The position numbers and the translations under genes are program-made. A stretch of 56,787 nucleotides of DNA from Patescibacteria group bacterium (lineage in GTDB: Bacteria; Patescibacteriota; Saccharimonadia; Saccharimonadales; Saccharimonadaceae). The notes beneath the pieces were generated by a model. It was not told where the DNA came from. It did no database searches and saw only the letters and a program-made list of their open reading frames with translations. This document shows, one piece after another, positions 10,201-20,264 of the stretch (positions are counted from its first letter, which is position 1; each line of letters begins with the position of its first letter). Where the stretch lies: positions 1-56,787 of the forward strand of contig JASGMG010000001.1 in NCBI GenBank assembly GCA_030156575.1, written 5' to 3'.

Positions 10201-11691
10201 ATGATAGAAGTGATAGTCGCTATTTTAATTGGCGCAATTACTGGGGCATTTGGCACTATTACGTATGAGAAACGTCGCCAAACAAATGGAAAATTAAAGG
10301 TTGAAAAAGAGATTGCGAATGCCAAAATTAAGGCTAGCGATATTATATTAAAGGCAAAAGATGAGGCCTTGCATTTAGAAAATGAACGTCGTAATGAATG
10401 GAAAAAGACAGAAAATCGTCTAGCTGATCGTGAGACGACTCTTGATAAAAAAATTGACGAGCTCGATAAACGTTCGGAAAAACTTCGTACTCAAGAGCGA
10501 GATGTAGAAGAATTAAAAGATGAAATTCGCGAAATTCGCACTAAACAACAGGATAAGCTTGAAAAGGTGGCAAAATTAACTAAAGCTGATGCTGCTGAAA
10601 AACTAATGCAAATGACTGAACGTGATATCAAGCAAGATTTAATCGGATTAGTTAACAAGTTACAAAATGATGCTAAGCAGGATGCTGATGAGTTAGCTCA
10701 AACTATTTTAGTTACGGCAATGGAACGTATGTCATCTGAAGTTACAGCTGAACGTACTGTAACGGCGCTTAAGCTGACTGATGATGAGATGAAGGGTCGC
10801 ATTATTGGTAAAGAGGGACGTAATATCCAAGCGCTTCAACGTGCTACAGGCGTTGATATTTTAGTAGATGATACGCCTGGAATGATTGTTCTTAGCTCAT
10901 TTGATCCAGTTCGTCGTCAAGTTGCTAGAATGAGTCTTGAACTATTAATGAAGGACGGGAGAATTCATCCGGGCCGCATTGAAGAAGTTGTTGCTAAAGC
11001 AGAATCTGAAATTAATAAAGAAGTTAATCGTGCAGGTGAAGATGCAGCTAGGGAAGTTGGAGTAGTTGGTATACCTAAAGAAATGCTACGACTTTTAGGA
11101 GAACTAAAATTCCGTACGAGTTATGGACAGAATGTTTTAATGCATAGCGTTGAGATGGCTCATTTGTCTGGTCTAATTGCAGAAGAAATCGGTGCAGATG
11201 TTCGTATCACTAAGATAGCGACTTTATTGCATGATACTGGCAAGGCTGTCACTCATAAAATGGAAGGTAAACATCATCATATTGCAGCTGAACTAGCTCG
11301 TAAATATGGTATGGATGAACGAATTGCACACGCAATTGATGCACATCATGACGACATAGAAGCTACAACTCCAGAAGCTTTGATTGTTCGAGTTTGTGAT
11401 GCATTGTCAACAGCTCGACCAGGTGCTCGTAATATTAGCGCTGAAAACTTCGTTGAACGTATGCGTGATTTAGAAAATATTGCGCTTGGATTTAATGGTA
11501 TTGATAAGGCTTATGCTATTAGTGCTGGGCGAGAAGTTCGTGTGATCGTTAGCCCTAAAACTATTGACGATTTAAGTGCTATTAAGCTTGCTAGAGATAT
11601 AGCGGTTAAGATTGAAAGTACTATGCAATATCCCGGTACTATCAAAGTTAATGTAATTCGTGAAACTCGTGCAATTGAGTTTGCTAAATAA
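10201..11691 (+). CDS. rny: Ribonuclease Y
   Basis: N-terminal TM helix, long coiled-coil, KH domain ('GRIIGKEGRNIQAL') and HD domain ('LLHDTGKA...HH'). Confidence 0.93.
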   Translation: MIEVIVAILIGAITGAFGTITYEKRRQTNGKLKVEKEIANAKIKASDIILKAKDEALHLENERRNEWKKTENRLADRETTLDKKIDELDKRSEKLRTQERDVEELKDEIREIRTKQQDKLEKVAKLTKADAAEKLMQMTERDIKQDLIGLVNKLQNDAKQDADELAQTILVTAMERMSSEVTAERTVTALKLTDDEMKGRIIGKEGRNIQALQRATGVDILVDDTPGMIVLSSFDPVRRQVARMSLELLMKDGRIHPGRIEEVVAKAESEINKEVNRAGEDAAREVGVVGIPKEMLRLLGELKFRTSYGQNVLMHSVEMAHLSGLIAEEIGADVRITKIATLLHDTGKAVTHKMEGKHHHIAAELARKYGMDERIAHAIDAHHDDIEATTPEALIVRVCDALSTARPGARNISAENFVERMRDLENIALGFNGIDKAYAISAGREVRVIVSPKTIDDLSAIKLARDIAVKIESTMQYPGTIKVNVIRETRAIEFAK

Positions 11692-11702
11692 GATTAAAAT
11701 AT

Positions 11703-13391
11703 TTACTTGGTACCTATATAATATGGACTTGATTCGTAATCGCCTTGGATGGCTTTAATTTGCCAATAGCCATCAGGTATTATCGTTCCGTTCCAAGTCC
11801 AACCAGCAAGATTCTGCTGGTTGGACTGTTTATATGGTAAATAACGATTACGTTCGTTATGGTCGTCACGAAGCCAAATAGCACAATAATTTCCACCAGT
11901 TAGATTACAACCACTTCCCAATGAGTCACTGGATGTGTATCTATGTTCTGAAATTGCTCCACCGGTCTGTAGTAATATTGGTGATTCAGTGGTGCTATTT
12001 AGAGCAGTAGCGACCGTTAACGCCATGTTGGCATTTATAATGCCGTGTCCTAGTTCGTTAGTATAGGTTATTCCGTTCATAGCAGGCAATTTTGTAGTGG
12101 TCGCTGATATTAACGCAGTTATGTCGTTCACTGACGAATTTGGCCTAATTGACTTTATTAGCGACACTAAGCTAGCAACTTGAGGTGAAGCGAAAGAAGT
12201 GCCATATAATGAAGCAGTGTATAATGATGTGCTATTGCTAGATGTCCAAGTAGGCGAGTTGATAGTTCCTGATCCGGGAGCTACGACATCAAGATCTGGT
12301 CCATAACTACTAAAGCTAGCGCGTTGATCTTCTGATGTAGTAGCGCCAACTGATATAACATGGTCATTTAAGGCTGGATATCCCATAGCTCCGGCTGGTA
12401 AATTTAAACAACCTTGTTCGGTGCCAGAACCACAGTTACCCGCGGCTGCAACTACTACTACATTATGTGAGAATGCGTAATTGGTGGCTGTTTCTAATTC
12501 TGGATCAGATTCGTTTCCGCCCAAACTCATATTAATTACATCAGCGCCATTATCGACAGCATAATAAATAGCTGCTACGATGTCACTTGTATAGCCTGGA
12601 CCATCGTCACTGAGTGCTTGTAAGGGCATTATTTTTGTATTCCAGTTAATTGTAGTTATGCCTGTATTGTTGTTACCAGATGCTCCTGCCAATCCTGCTG
12701 TTTCTGTGCCATGAGCTACTCCTTCTCCATTTATATTTGTACGACCAGCTGATGGGTCGTTGTCTCCAATAGAGAAGTTCCAACCACGCCAATCATCCAT
12801 GTAGCCATTATTGTCATCATCACAGTTATTAACGCTTTTATCTTTGGTTGTTCCGGTCCAACATAGATCGCCAACTTTTGTATTACCTGTTTCATTAGTG
12901 TTGATTAGCCAATTGTTCTTTAAATCATCATGATTCAACGCAAATCCTGTGTCAATTATAGCTATAACGGTTTGGTTGTTTCCAGTTGATATATCCCATG
13001 CGGCTGGTGCATTTACCTTTTGAATAGCCCAATTGTTAGCATAACCAGGGTCATTAGCTGTAAGTAATGGATAATATATATTTTCTTTGGGAGTGGATTG
13101 GCGGATTTCGTTTTGTTTTTTAGACTTTGTAGTTGGAGTTAATGGACTGATAGTGGTTTCGGTGCGGGGAACGTTTATAACTGTTTCTTCTATATCATCG
13201 ACAGTTGTACTTTGTTCTGATGTTTTAGATGCAAGTTCTTTGTCTGTATAGGTAGTCTTAGACGTTATGGTATTAGGCTTCGTATTCTTAGATATAGGAC
13301 GAATTTGGACATAACGAAGCCAGATAGTAATAATAATTGCAATTACGATTAGGCAAAATAATGTTGCTATGATAATTTTTTTATGTTTCAT
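11703..13391 (-). CDS. Membrane-anchored subtilisin-like (S8) serine peptidase
   Basis: Catalytic triad contexts 'VIAIIDTGF' (Asp), 'HGTETAG' (His) and 'GTSFASPQVA' (Ser). N-terminal TM anchor (IIIATLFCLIVIAIIITIW). Confidence 0.85.
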   Translation of the reverse strand: MKHKKIIIATLFCLIVIAIIITIWLRYVQIRPISKNTKPNTITSKTTYTDKELASKTSEQSTTVDDIEETVINVPRTETTISPLTPTTKSKKQNEIRQSTPKENIYYPLLTANDPGYANNWAIQKVNAPAAWDISTGNNQTVIAIIDTGFALNHDDLKNNWLINTNETGNTKVGDLCWTGTTKDKSVNNCDDDNNGYMDDWRGWNFSIGDNDPSAGRTNINGEGVAHGTETAGLAGASGNNNTGITTINWNTKIMPLQALSDDGPGYTSDIVAAIYYAVDNGADVINMSLGGNESDPELETATNYAFSHNVVVVAAAGNCGSGTEQGCLNLPAGAMGYPALNDHVISVGATTSEDQRASFSSYGPDLDVVAPGSGTINSPTWTSSNSTSLYTASLYGTSFASPQVASLVSLIKSIRPNSSVNDITALISATTTKLPAMNGITYTNELGHGIINANMALTVATALNSTTESPILLQTGGAISEHRYTSSDSLGSGCNLTGGNYCAIWLRDDHNERNRYLPYKQSNQQNLAGWTWNGTIIPDGYWQIKAIQGDYESSPYYIGTK

Positions 13392-13481
13392 AAATTTAAA
13401 TTAGTTACATATTAAATATAACATGTGGTAATCAAAAGCACATTAGTATTGGTGGTGTGGTGCATGCTAAAATATTTAGAT

Positions 13482-15965
13482 ATGGATATGCAACAAATTA
13501 AAGGTCTTTCAACTCGCGATGTGGATAATAGACTTAAAAAATTTGGATATAATGAACTTCCAAATAAGAATAAGAAAAATTTTTTCAAGATTGTTGTTGG
13601 TTTAATAACGGAGCCGATGATATTTTTATTGTTGGTGACTGTTTGTATTTATTTTATATTGGGTGACAAGAACGAGGCAGTGTTGTTGTTGATATCATTT
13701 TTTGGAATTATTAGCATAGAATTATATCAAGAATCTAAAACAGAAAAATCATTAGAAGCTCTTAGGAATTTATCGAGTCCAACTTGTGATGTAATTAGAA
13801 ATAGTAAGCAGATAACTATTCCTGGCCGTGAGGTTGTAGTAGGTGATATTGTTATATTGTCAGAGGGTAGTAGGGTTTCGGCTGATGCAAGATTAATATC
13901 TGCAGAAAGCTTAGAGATTGACGAATCTTTATTAACAGGAGAGTCGGTGGCAGTCGAAAAGCACATTAACAATGATGATAATAAAGCTAATCTTGTGTTC
14001 TCTGGGACGTTAGTAATAAAAGGTCATGGAATTGCTGAAGTAACTAATATTGGACAAAATACAGAAATTGGTGAGATTGGTAAATCGTTGAAGTCAATTA
14101 ATATTGAAAAAACACTATTACAAAGAGACGTTAATAAGGTTGTAAAATTGGTTGCTATATTGGCGATACTTTCATCTTTATTCTTAGTCTTTATCTATTG
14201 GCTTCAAAGTGGAAATTTTATCAAAGGGATGTTGGCTGGTTTAACGCTAGCTATTGCTATATTGCCAGAAGAGTTTCCCGTTGTTCTGGCAATATTCTTG
14301 ACTTTAGGCGCTTGGAGATTGGCTAAGATTAATGTCTTAGCTCGTAAATCTCAAACAATTGAAACTCTTGGTAGTACGACAGTTTTGTGTGTTGATAAAA
14401 CTGGAACATTAACTGAAAATCGAATGAAGATTATTAATGTTATTGATGCAAATGGTGTGTTTTATAGTGATTTTAATGAGACGTCCGAGTTAATAGAGTA
14501 TGGCGTATTAGCATCTCAAAAGAACCCATTTGACCCAATGGAAGAAGCTTTTATTGAGGCTGGTCAGCAGGTTTTTAATGACATTGGAGATATATATAAG
14601 CGCAGAGTTATTGTGAAAGAATATCCATTAGAAGAGGATGCTCTATCGGTTGTGCACGCTTGGGGTAATGGAACTCATATTAAGGTAGTCGCTTTAAAAG
14701 GTGCTCCAGAAGCGGTTTTTAAATTGTGCAACTTAGATAATGATAGGCGACATAAATTAAAGACAGAAATCAAAAGATTAGCGACAAAAGGCCTGCGAGT
14801 AATTGCGGTGGCAAAAGGCAAAGCCACAAACTTTATTCCAGATAGTCGTGAGGAGTTTGAATTTGAATTTTTAGGTTTAGTCGGATTGGCTGATCCTATT
14901 CGAAAAGAAGTCCCATCGGCAATAAAACTATGTAAAGAGGCTGGTGTTAGAGTAGTTATGATAACGGGTGATTATCCAGAAACTGCAATGTCGATTGCCG
15001 AAAGTATAGGTTTGAGTTGTGATAATGCTATTACTGGTGCTGAATTCGGACGATTATCCAAAAGAAAAGAAAAAGAAATTATTAAAAATATCTCAGTATT
15101 TAGTCGTGTGACTCCTTCGGATAAGTTGACTATTGTTGATGCGTTTAAAAAAGCTGGTGAAGTTGTTGCTATGACTGGTGATGGAGTGAATGACGCTCCG
15201 GCGTTAAAAGCAGCTAATGTCGGCGTTGCTATGGGCAAAAGGGGTACGGACGTTGCTAGAGAGGCGGCTAGTATAGTTTTGCTTGACGATAACTTTACCT
15301 CAATTGTAAATGGTATTAGCTTAGGTCGTCGAATATATGATAATTTACAAAAAGCGATGTCCTATATTATTTCAATTCATATCCCAATTGCCTTATTGTC
15401 GTTGTTACCTGTGATATTTAAATGGCCATTAGTTTTAACCCCTATACATATTGTATTCTTAGAGCTAGTGATTGACCCTAGTTGTACTATAATCTTTGAA
15501 AATGAAAAAGCAAGTTCGGATATTATGAAAAGACAACCTAGGGGGTTGAACTCTTCTATTTTTAATAGAAAAATGGTTATAAGTAGTCTTATGCAAGGGT
15601 TAATGATGGCCGTATTTGTAGTTTTCTCATTTGGGTTGTTACTCGATATAGGTTGGGAAAATGACAAGGCTAGAGGGATGACATTCTTGATATTAATCAT
15701 TGCTAATATATTATTAGTTTTATCTATTTCTGGAAAACAGGCATTAGCTAATATAATCCACCATGAAAATATAGCAATGTTAGCTATACTATCAATAACT
15801 TCAATATCATTGCTAATTGTATTTAACTTGCCAATGTTGCGTGATTTATTCCAATTTGGACAGCTATCTCTTACTGAAGTATTAGTAGGTGTTTTAGTAG
15901 GGGCTATATCTGTAGTTGGAACAATTCCTTTTAGAGCTTTAATTAAAAGAACTGTTAAAAGTTAA
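13482..15965 (+). CDS. Cation-transporting P-type ATPase (type II, Ca2+/Mg2+-like)
   Basis: 'TGESVAV', phosphorylation motif 'DKTGTLTEN', 'MITGD' and hinge 'TGDGVNDAPALK', with about 10 TM segments. ATG at 13482 or 13488 is preferred to the track's GTG at 13425. Confidence 0.9.
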   Translation: MDMQQIKGLSTRDVDNRLKKFGYNELPNKNKKNFFKIVVGLITEPMIFLLLVTVCIYFILGDKNEAVLLLISFFGIISIELYQESKTEKSLEALRNLSSPTCDVIRNSKQITIPGREVVVGDIVILSEGSRVSADARLISAESLEIDESLLTGESVAVEKHINNDDNKANLVFSGTLVIKGHGIAEVTNIGQNTEIGEIGKSLKSINIEKTLLQRDVNKVVKLVAILAILSSLFLVFIYWLQSGNFIKGMLAGLTLAIAILPEEFPVVLAIFLTLGAWRLAKINVLARKSQTIETLGSTTVLCVDKTGTLTENRMKIINVIDANGVFYSDFNETSELIEYGVLASQKNPFDPMEEAFIEAGQQVFNDIGDIYKRRVIVKEYPLEEDALSVVHAWGNGTHIKVVALKGAPEAVFKLCNLDNDRRHKLKTEIKRLATKGLRVIAVAKGKATNFIPDSREEFEFEFLGLVGLADPIRKEVPSAIKLCKEAGVRVVMITGDYPETAMSIAESIGLSCDNAITGAEFGRLSKRKEKEIIKNISVFSRVTPSDKLTIVDAFKKAGEVVAMTGDGVNDAPALKAANVGVAMGKRGTDVAREAASIVLLDDNFTSIVNGISLGRRIYDNLQKAMSYIISIHIPIALLSLLPVIFKWPLVLTPIHIVFLELVIDPSCTIIFENEKASSDIMKRQPRGLNSSIFNRKMVISSLMQGLMMAVFVVFSFGLLLDIGWENDKARGMTFLILIIANILLVLSISGKQALANIIHHENIAMLAILSITSISLLIVFNLPMLRDLFQFGQLSLTEVLVGVLVGAISVVGTIPFRALIKRTVKS

Positions 15966-16051
15966 TAAAAGAGTATCGTTTAATGTAAGGTTGTCGAAGT
16001 TAGGCCTGATCTTAAAGAAATAGCAAGACTATTTATATTTACTATAAAGTT

Positions 16052-16081
16052 AAATCCACCATACGATATGATGGTGGATTT
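16052..16081. terminator. Hairpin between the convergent P-type ATPase gene and tRNA-Pro
   Basis: 11-bp perfect stem AAATCCACCAT / ATGGTGGATTT with an 8-nt loop. A/T runs are built into both stem ends. Confidence 0.4.
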
Positions 16082-16096
16082 AGCGAAAATTCTTCT

Positions 16097-16172
16097 TGGT
16101 CGGGGTGAAAGGACTCAAACCTTCGACCTCTCGGTCCCAAACCGAGCGCGCTATCAACTGCGCCACACCCCG
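16097..16172 (-). tRNA. tRNA-Pro (anticodon TGG), CCA encoded
   Basis: The reverse complement folds as CGGGGTG / CACCCCG acceptor, GCGC D-stem, CTCGG-TTTGGGA-CCGAG anticodon arm, GGTTTGAGTCC T-arm, then A-CCA. Confidence 0.9.
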
Positions 16173-16278
16173 ATGATGTTACTAGATGAATTATAACGCA
16201 ATTCTAATTTGAATTCTAGTCTTATAATCTATTACTTGTCGATTATGTAATAACAAGCTAATATAGTAATAATAAAAT

Positions 16279-17838
16279 ATGTTTAAATCAAAAAAACGAA
16301 TTTTAAGTTTACAAACGAAGGACTGGATAATTATCTTGATTAGTCTAATAGTTTTTGCGTTCATAACATTTTTAACTATTTCTAAATTTTCAATTTGGTT
16401 TGATGAGGCGTTTGGAGCCTATTTGTCCCATTTCAGTTTTTTGGATATTGCTAAGTATACAGCGAGCGATGTACATCCACCCCTTTATTATTGGTTATTG
16501 AAGCTTTGGAGCGCGATATTTGGTAATAATGAAATAGCTATTCGTTCAATGAGTGCATTTTTTGGTGGGGTTTCAATTGTTATTGGTTATTTGCTGATTA
16601 ATAGGCTTTTTGATAAAAAGGTTGCACGGATTAGCTTGATATTCATGGTTCTTTCACCGATGCTAGTGCGTTATAGCCAAGAGGCTAGAATGTATACAAT
16701 GGTTACGGCTATAGCTTTAGCTGCGACTTATACTCTAACTTTTGCGATTACAACAAAAAAGAAGTTACCTTGGATTATTTATGGAATACTAATTAGTCTA
16801 GGTATGTGGACACATTATTTTTCAGCGCTTGTCTGGATATCTCATTGGATTTGGCGGGCCGATATTATCCGACGAGTTTCTCGAAAAGGCGAATTTATCA
16901 AAAGCTTCTTTACGAGGGAATGGATTATGGCTCATGTTGTAGCAATTGCTCTTTTTGTTCCTTGGGTGCCATCTTTTATATATCAAGTCTTAAATGTGCA
17001 AGTTAATGGATTCTGGATACCGGCAGTAACGCCAGATACTATTTTAAACTTTATTACTAATATTATATATTATCAAGAAGTAGGCAGAGTAACCGGTTGG
17101 TTAGCTCTTGCGTTATTATTGGCTGTTGTCTTACTAATAACTTTGGCATTTAAAATTTATAAATTACAAAACGAAGGACAACGCCAAGGCTATAGGTTAA
17201 TAGCTATATTGGCTTTTATACCTGTCATCTTATTATTCGTTTTGTCTATGCCACCTCTTCGTTCATCCTTCGTCGATCGGTATTTAATTCCTTCAACATT
17301 TTTCATTGCATTATTCATAGGAGTAACCTTAGCCTTTAGCTATAAACTTATTGGGTTTAAGCGCCAATTAATAATTATTATATTTACAATTATTCTTGTT
17401 ATAGTCGGTATTAATAATGTTTGGCAATTGGGTAATTATAATAAGACTTCGAATACTTCAAACAATGCTAGACATATCATTGAAACAATTATTAGTAGTT
17501 CGAACGATAACTTGCCTATAATAGCTGATTCACCGTGGTTATTTTATGAAACTATTTTTTATTCAACTAATGAACATCCAGTATATTTTATAGATGAGAA
17601 GACCTCCTATGACTATGGTTCTCTTGATATGCTCAAATATAATAATCAACATAAGATTATGGACATAAATGCTTTTACTAAAATCAATCCAGTTGTTTGG
17701 TATATTGGATGTCCAGGTGAAAATAACTTTGACGCACCATACTCAAGTTGGAAAGCTATAAGAAGTATAACTGTCAATGACGCCCTTACAGGTAAGCCGT
17801 CGTATAAAGCCATACAGTATACAACTGTAAACAACTAA
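16279..17838 (+). CDS. GT-C fold glycosyltransferase (family 39 / ArnT-PMT-like)
   Basis: 519 aa and polytopic (more than 10 TM). First-loop 'FDEAFGAY' acidic motif, 'HPPLYYWLLKLW' and 'RYSQEARMY' are typical of ArnT/PMT_2-type enzymes. Confidence 0.6.
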   Translation: MFKSKKRILSLQTKDWIIILISLIVFAFITFLTISKFSIWFDEAFGAYLSHFSFLDIAKYTASDVHPPLYYWLLKLWSAIFGNNEIAIRSMSAFFGGVSIVIGYLLINRLFDKKVARISLIFMVLSPMLVRYSQEARMYTMVTAIALAATYTLTFAITTKKKLPWIIYGILISLGMWTHYFSALVWISHWIWRADIIRRVSRKGEFIKSFFTREWIMAHVVAIALFVPWVPSFIYQVLNVQVNGFWIPAVTPDTILNFITNIIYYQEVGRVTGWLALALLLAVVLLITLAFKIYKLQNEGQRQGYRLIAILAFIPVILLFVLSMPPLRSSFVDRYLIPSTFFIALFIGVTLAFSYKLIGFKRQLIIIIFTIILVIVGINNVWQLGNYNKTSNTSNNARHIIETIISSSNDNLPIIADSPWLFYETIFYSTNEHPVYFIDEKTSYDYGSLDMLKYNNQHKIMDINAFTKINPVVWYIGCPGENNFDAPYSSWKAIRSITVNDALTGKPSYKAIQYTTVNN

Positions 17839-17847
17839 CTATTTTAT

Positions 17848-18573
17848 TTATCTAGGTCGTTTTAAAGCAGTCTTACGCGCTGATTCTACAAGACTATCAT
17901 CGATCACTTTATTCTTTTTGAATTCACCATATTTGTTAATTATTGCTTTTTCAATTAGGAAATCAGTAATTTCAGGGTTCTTCGGTAATAATGAGCCATG
18001 TAGATAACTACCTATAACGTTTTTATAGCGTGCGCCTTCGCTGATGTCTTCAGAATTATTACCTGCGCCTAAACGAACGGCTCCAAGCGCCAAAACGTTG
18101 TGACCTAGAAAAGTTTGGCCACTATGATTTTCATAACCAATTATGTCACCAAATTGTTTACTATTAACAATAATATTACCAATTAGACGTTCTGATTTGG
18201 CGTATGTTTCGATATCAAAAATTTCGATGCCTTTTATAATTTTATTATCGTTAGTTTTGAAGAAATTACCAAATAACTGATACAAACCGCAAATTACTAG
18301 CATAGGGGCACCATTGTCTGCCATCTTTTGTAGATGGTGTTTTATCCTTAATAAATCTGATTGGATTTTATCCTGTCCACTATCTTGACCGCCACCTCCG
18401 ACAATGATGTCAACCTCATCTGGAAACTTATCACCTTGGTTGTACTCTATTACTTTAGGCGTATACCCATACCATTCTAATCGTCTTTTTAATGTAAGAA
18501 CATTACCGTAATCGCCGTAAATGTTCATATCATTTGAGTATAAGTGTAATATTTTAATAGTCTTGTTGTTCAT
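17848..18573 (-). CDS. gatD: Lipid II isoglutaminyl synthase, glutaminase subunit GatD (CobQ-type GATase)
   Basis: 'ILHLYSNDMNIYGDYGNVLTL', nucleophile context 'VICGLYQLFG', 'GYENHSG' and 'SYLHG'. Start overlaps the murT stop by 4 nt. Confidence 0.8.
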   Translation of the reverse strand: MNNKTIKILHLYSNDMNIYGDYGNVLTLKRRLEWYGYTPKVIEYNQGDKFPDEVDIIVGGGGQDSGQDKIQSDLLRIKHHLQKMADNGAPMLVICGLYQLFGNFFKTNDNKIIKGIEIFDIETYAKSERLIGNIIVNSKQFGDIIGYENHSGQTFLGHNVLALGAVRLGAGNNSEDISEGARYKNVIGSYLHGSLLPKNPEITDFLIEKAIINKYGEFKKNKVIDDSLVESARKTALKRPR

Positions 18574-19841
18574 TTTATAGCCTCTACGTTTGTGAATTTA
18601 TTTAGAATACGACGAATAGTAATCATAGCAGTATAAGTACAATATATCCGTTTGGGCTGATTAGGCGAGACTGCGATAAAATGTTTAATAGCTTTTTTTA
18701 AATTAGGGTTTATATATTTAATTGGAACCTCGTCATACTGTAATCTTAAAGCCATGTCGTATGCTCTAATGCCAGATATTTGAGTTACGCCTAATTTTTT
18801 TAGACTACTAAAATCAACATCCCATAGCCATGACATATCCCTTCCATCGGCATAGTTATCATTAATTGCTATCATAGTCGAATAACCTAGTGGGTTGAAT
18901 GACTTGAGGCCTAACCGAAAACCTGATGGATTCTTAACTAATACTAATTCGATGGGTTGTTTGTCTAATATTAATATCTCACCTCGTCCAAAAGCTGGCG
19001 TGATTTGAGATAATGTTTCAATAAGCTTTGATTGATCTAATTTATTACCAAGAATAACTTTAACTAATGTTAATGCCGCCGCTGCATTGAAAACATTATA
19101 TATTCCAGTTAATTTAAGATCGGTTTTAACTTCTTTACCGTCGATTAGAAAAGTAGCTGAGTTGGTTTTGAACTTTGACAATATAACATCTGCCTTAGTA
19201 ACTATTCGTTTTTTTATTACTTTTGTGTGTAGATTGTCGTCACTAGGGAAAACTGACAGTAGTTTGTCATCAAGTCCAAATAAATGTACTTTTTTATCGT
19301 CTAACGATAGAGCTATTCCTGCGACTCTAGGATCTTCACGATTTAAAACTACTTTTTCAGTTGTGGAATTAGCTATGTGACGAAGAAGATTAGTTGTATG
19401 ATTTATTTCACCAAAGCGATCAAGTTGATCTCGCATTACATTTAATATAAGGCTAAAGCGTGGAGGTATTCTATCAACAAAATTTATTGCATGAGCTTCA
19501 TCTAGCTCTAATACTGCAATATCAGCATGTAATCGGCCATGTATATCGATATCACCAAGCAGAGCGGCTGCAACACCGCGACTAAAATTACTGCCAGTTT
19601 TATTTGTGAATACTTTTAAACCTTGATCTTGTAATAATTCAACAACCATTTTTGTAGTAGTGGTCTTGCCATTTGTGCCACTAATTACTACTACCCCAAG
19701 AGGCAATGTGGCCAATGTATGCTTTATAAAGTTAGGATCAAGATGCTCAACAACTAATCCAGGTAAGGCAGAACCACCTCCACGTAATTTGGCGATATTT
19801 TTGACTGATTTTCCTAAAATTGTAATTAGTTGCTTTGACAT
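18570..19841 (-). CDS. murT: Lipid II isoglutaminyl synthase, Mur-ligase-like subunit MurT
   Basis: Mur ligase P-loop 'ISGTNGKTTTTKM', 'LELDEA' and a C-terminal DUF1727-like 'DGRDMSWLWDVDF' block. Paired with gatD. Confidence 0.85.
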   Translation of the reverse strand: MSKQLITILGKSVKNIAKLRGGGSALPGLVVEHLDPNFIKHTLATLPLGVVVISGTNGKTTTTKMVVELLQDQGLKVFTNKTGSNFSRGVAAALLGDIDIHGRLHADIAVLELDEAHAINFVDRIPPRFSLILNVMRDQLDRFGEINHTTNLLRHIANSTTEKVVLNREDPRVAGIALSLDDKKVHLFGLDDKLLSVFPSDDNLHTKVIKKRIVTKADVILSKFKTNSATFLIDGKEVKTDLKLTGIYNVFNAAAALTLVKVILGNKLDQSKLIETLSQITPAFGRGEILILDKQPIELVLVKNPSGFRLGLKSFNPLGYSTMIAINDNYADGRDMSWLWDVDFSSLKKLGVTQISGIRAYDMALRLQYDEVPIKYINPNLKKAIKHFIAVSPNQPKRIYCTYTAMITIRRILNKFTNVEAIK

Positions 19842-19877
19842 ATGGTCTATTATAACGTAAGCAGTTATAATAGTAAC

Positions 19878-20264
19878 ATGTTTTTAATGGGTATGTTATC
19901 CTGGTGGTATAGTAATGGTTTGTTAGGCCGTGTTCGCACCATGAAAGACAGACTAATAACTTCAGTTGATTTTTTCTCGATAAATTTATTAATCTCAACA
20001 CTATTTGCACCATATAAACAAATTTCGGCAGGTGCTGTTGTTGGATCTTTAACTAATCAAATGCATGCATTTTTTGACAGATTAGTTTCTCGTTTTATTG
20101 GCGCATTCGTACGTGGTTTTATGATATTACTTGGTTCGTTTACTATACTTCTACAGGTTGTATTCGGAGTTACTGTTTTGATATTTTGGCTAATTTTACC
20201 GTTGCTTCCAATAATTGGACTAATTTTGACAGTGGTTGATTGGATTCCTATATGGAAGATCTAA
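19878..20264 (+). CDS. Small polytopic membrane protein, coupled to the downstream Clp-like ATPase
   Basis: Hydrophobic segments (FFSINLLISTLFAP, FMILLGSFTILLQVVFGVTVLIFWLILPLLPIIGLILTVV). The 3' end overlaps the next gene's ATG by 13 nt. The internal ATG at 19878 was chosen because the track start at 19842 abuts the divergent murT start codon. Confidence 0.4.
   Translation: MFLMGMLSWWYSNGLLGRVRTMKDRLITSVDFFSINLLISTLFAPYKQISAGAVVGSLTNQMHAFFDRLVSRFIGAFVRGFMILLGSFTILLQVVFGVTVLIFWLILPLLPIIGLILTVVDWIPIWKI

Noticed and set aside
13425-13481. The ORF track proposes long N-terminal extensions from GTG/TTG or upstream ATG starts for several genes (13425, 9183, 1296, 20240, 44159, 25386, 42894, 46553, 36879, 19842).
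   Set aside because: In each case a downstream ATG agrees better with the conserved N-terminus of the family. The downstream ATG also avoids overlapping a neighbouring gene, RBS or terminator hairpin. The start coordinates remain predictions.
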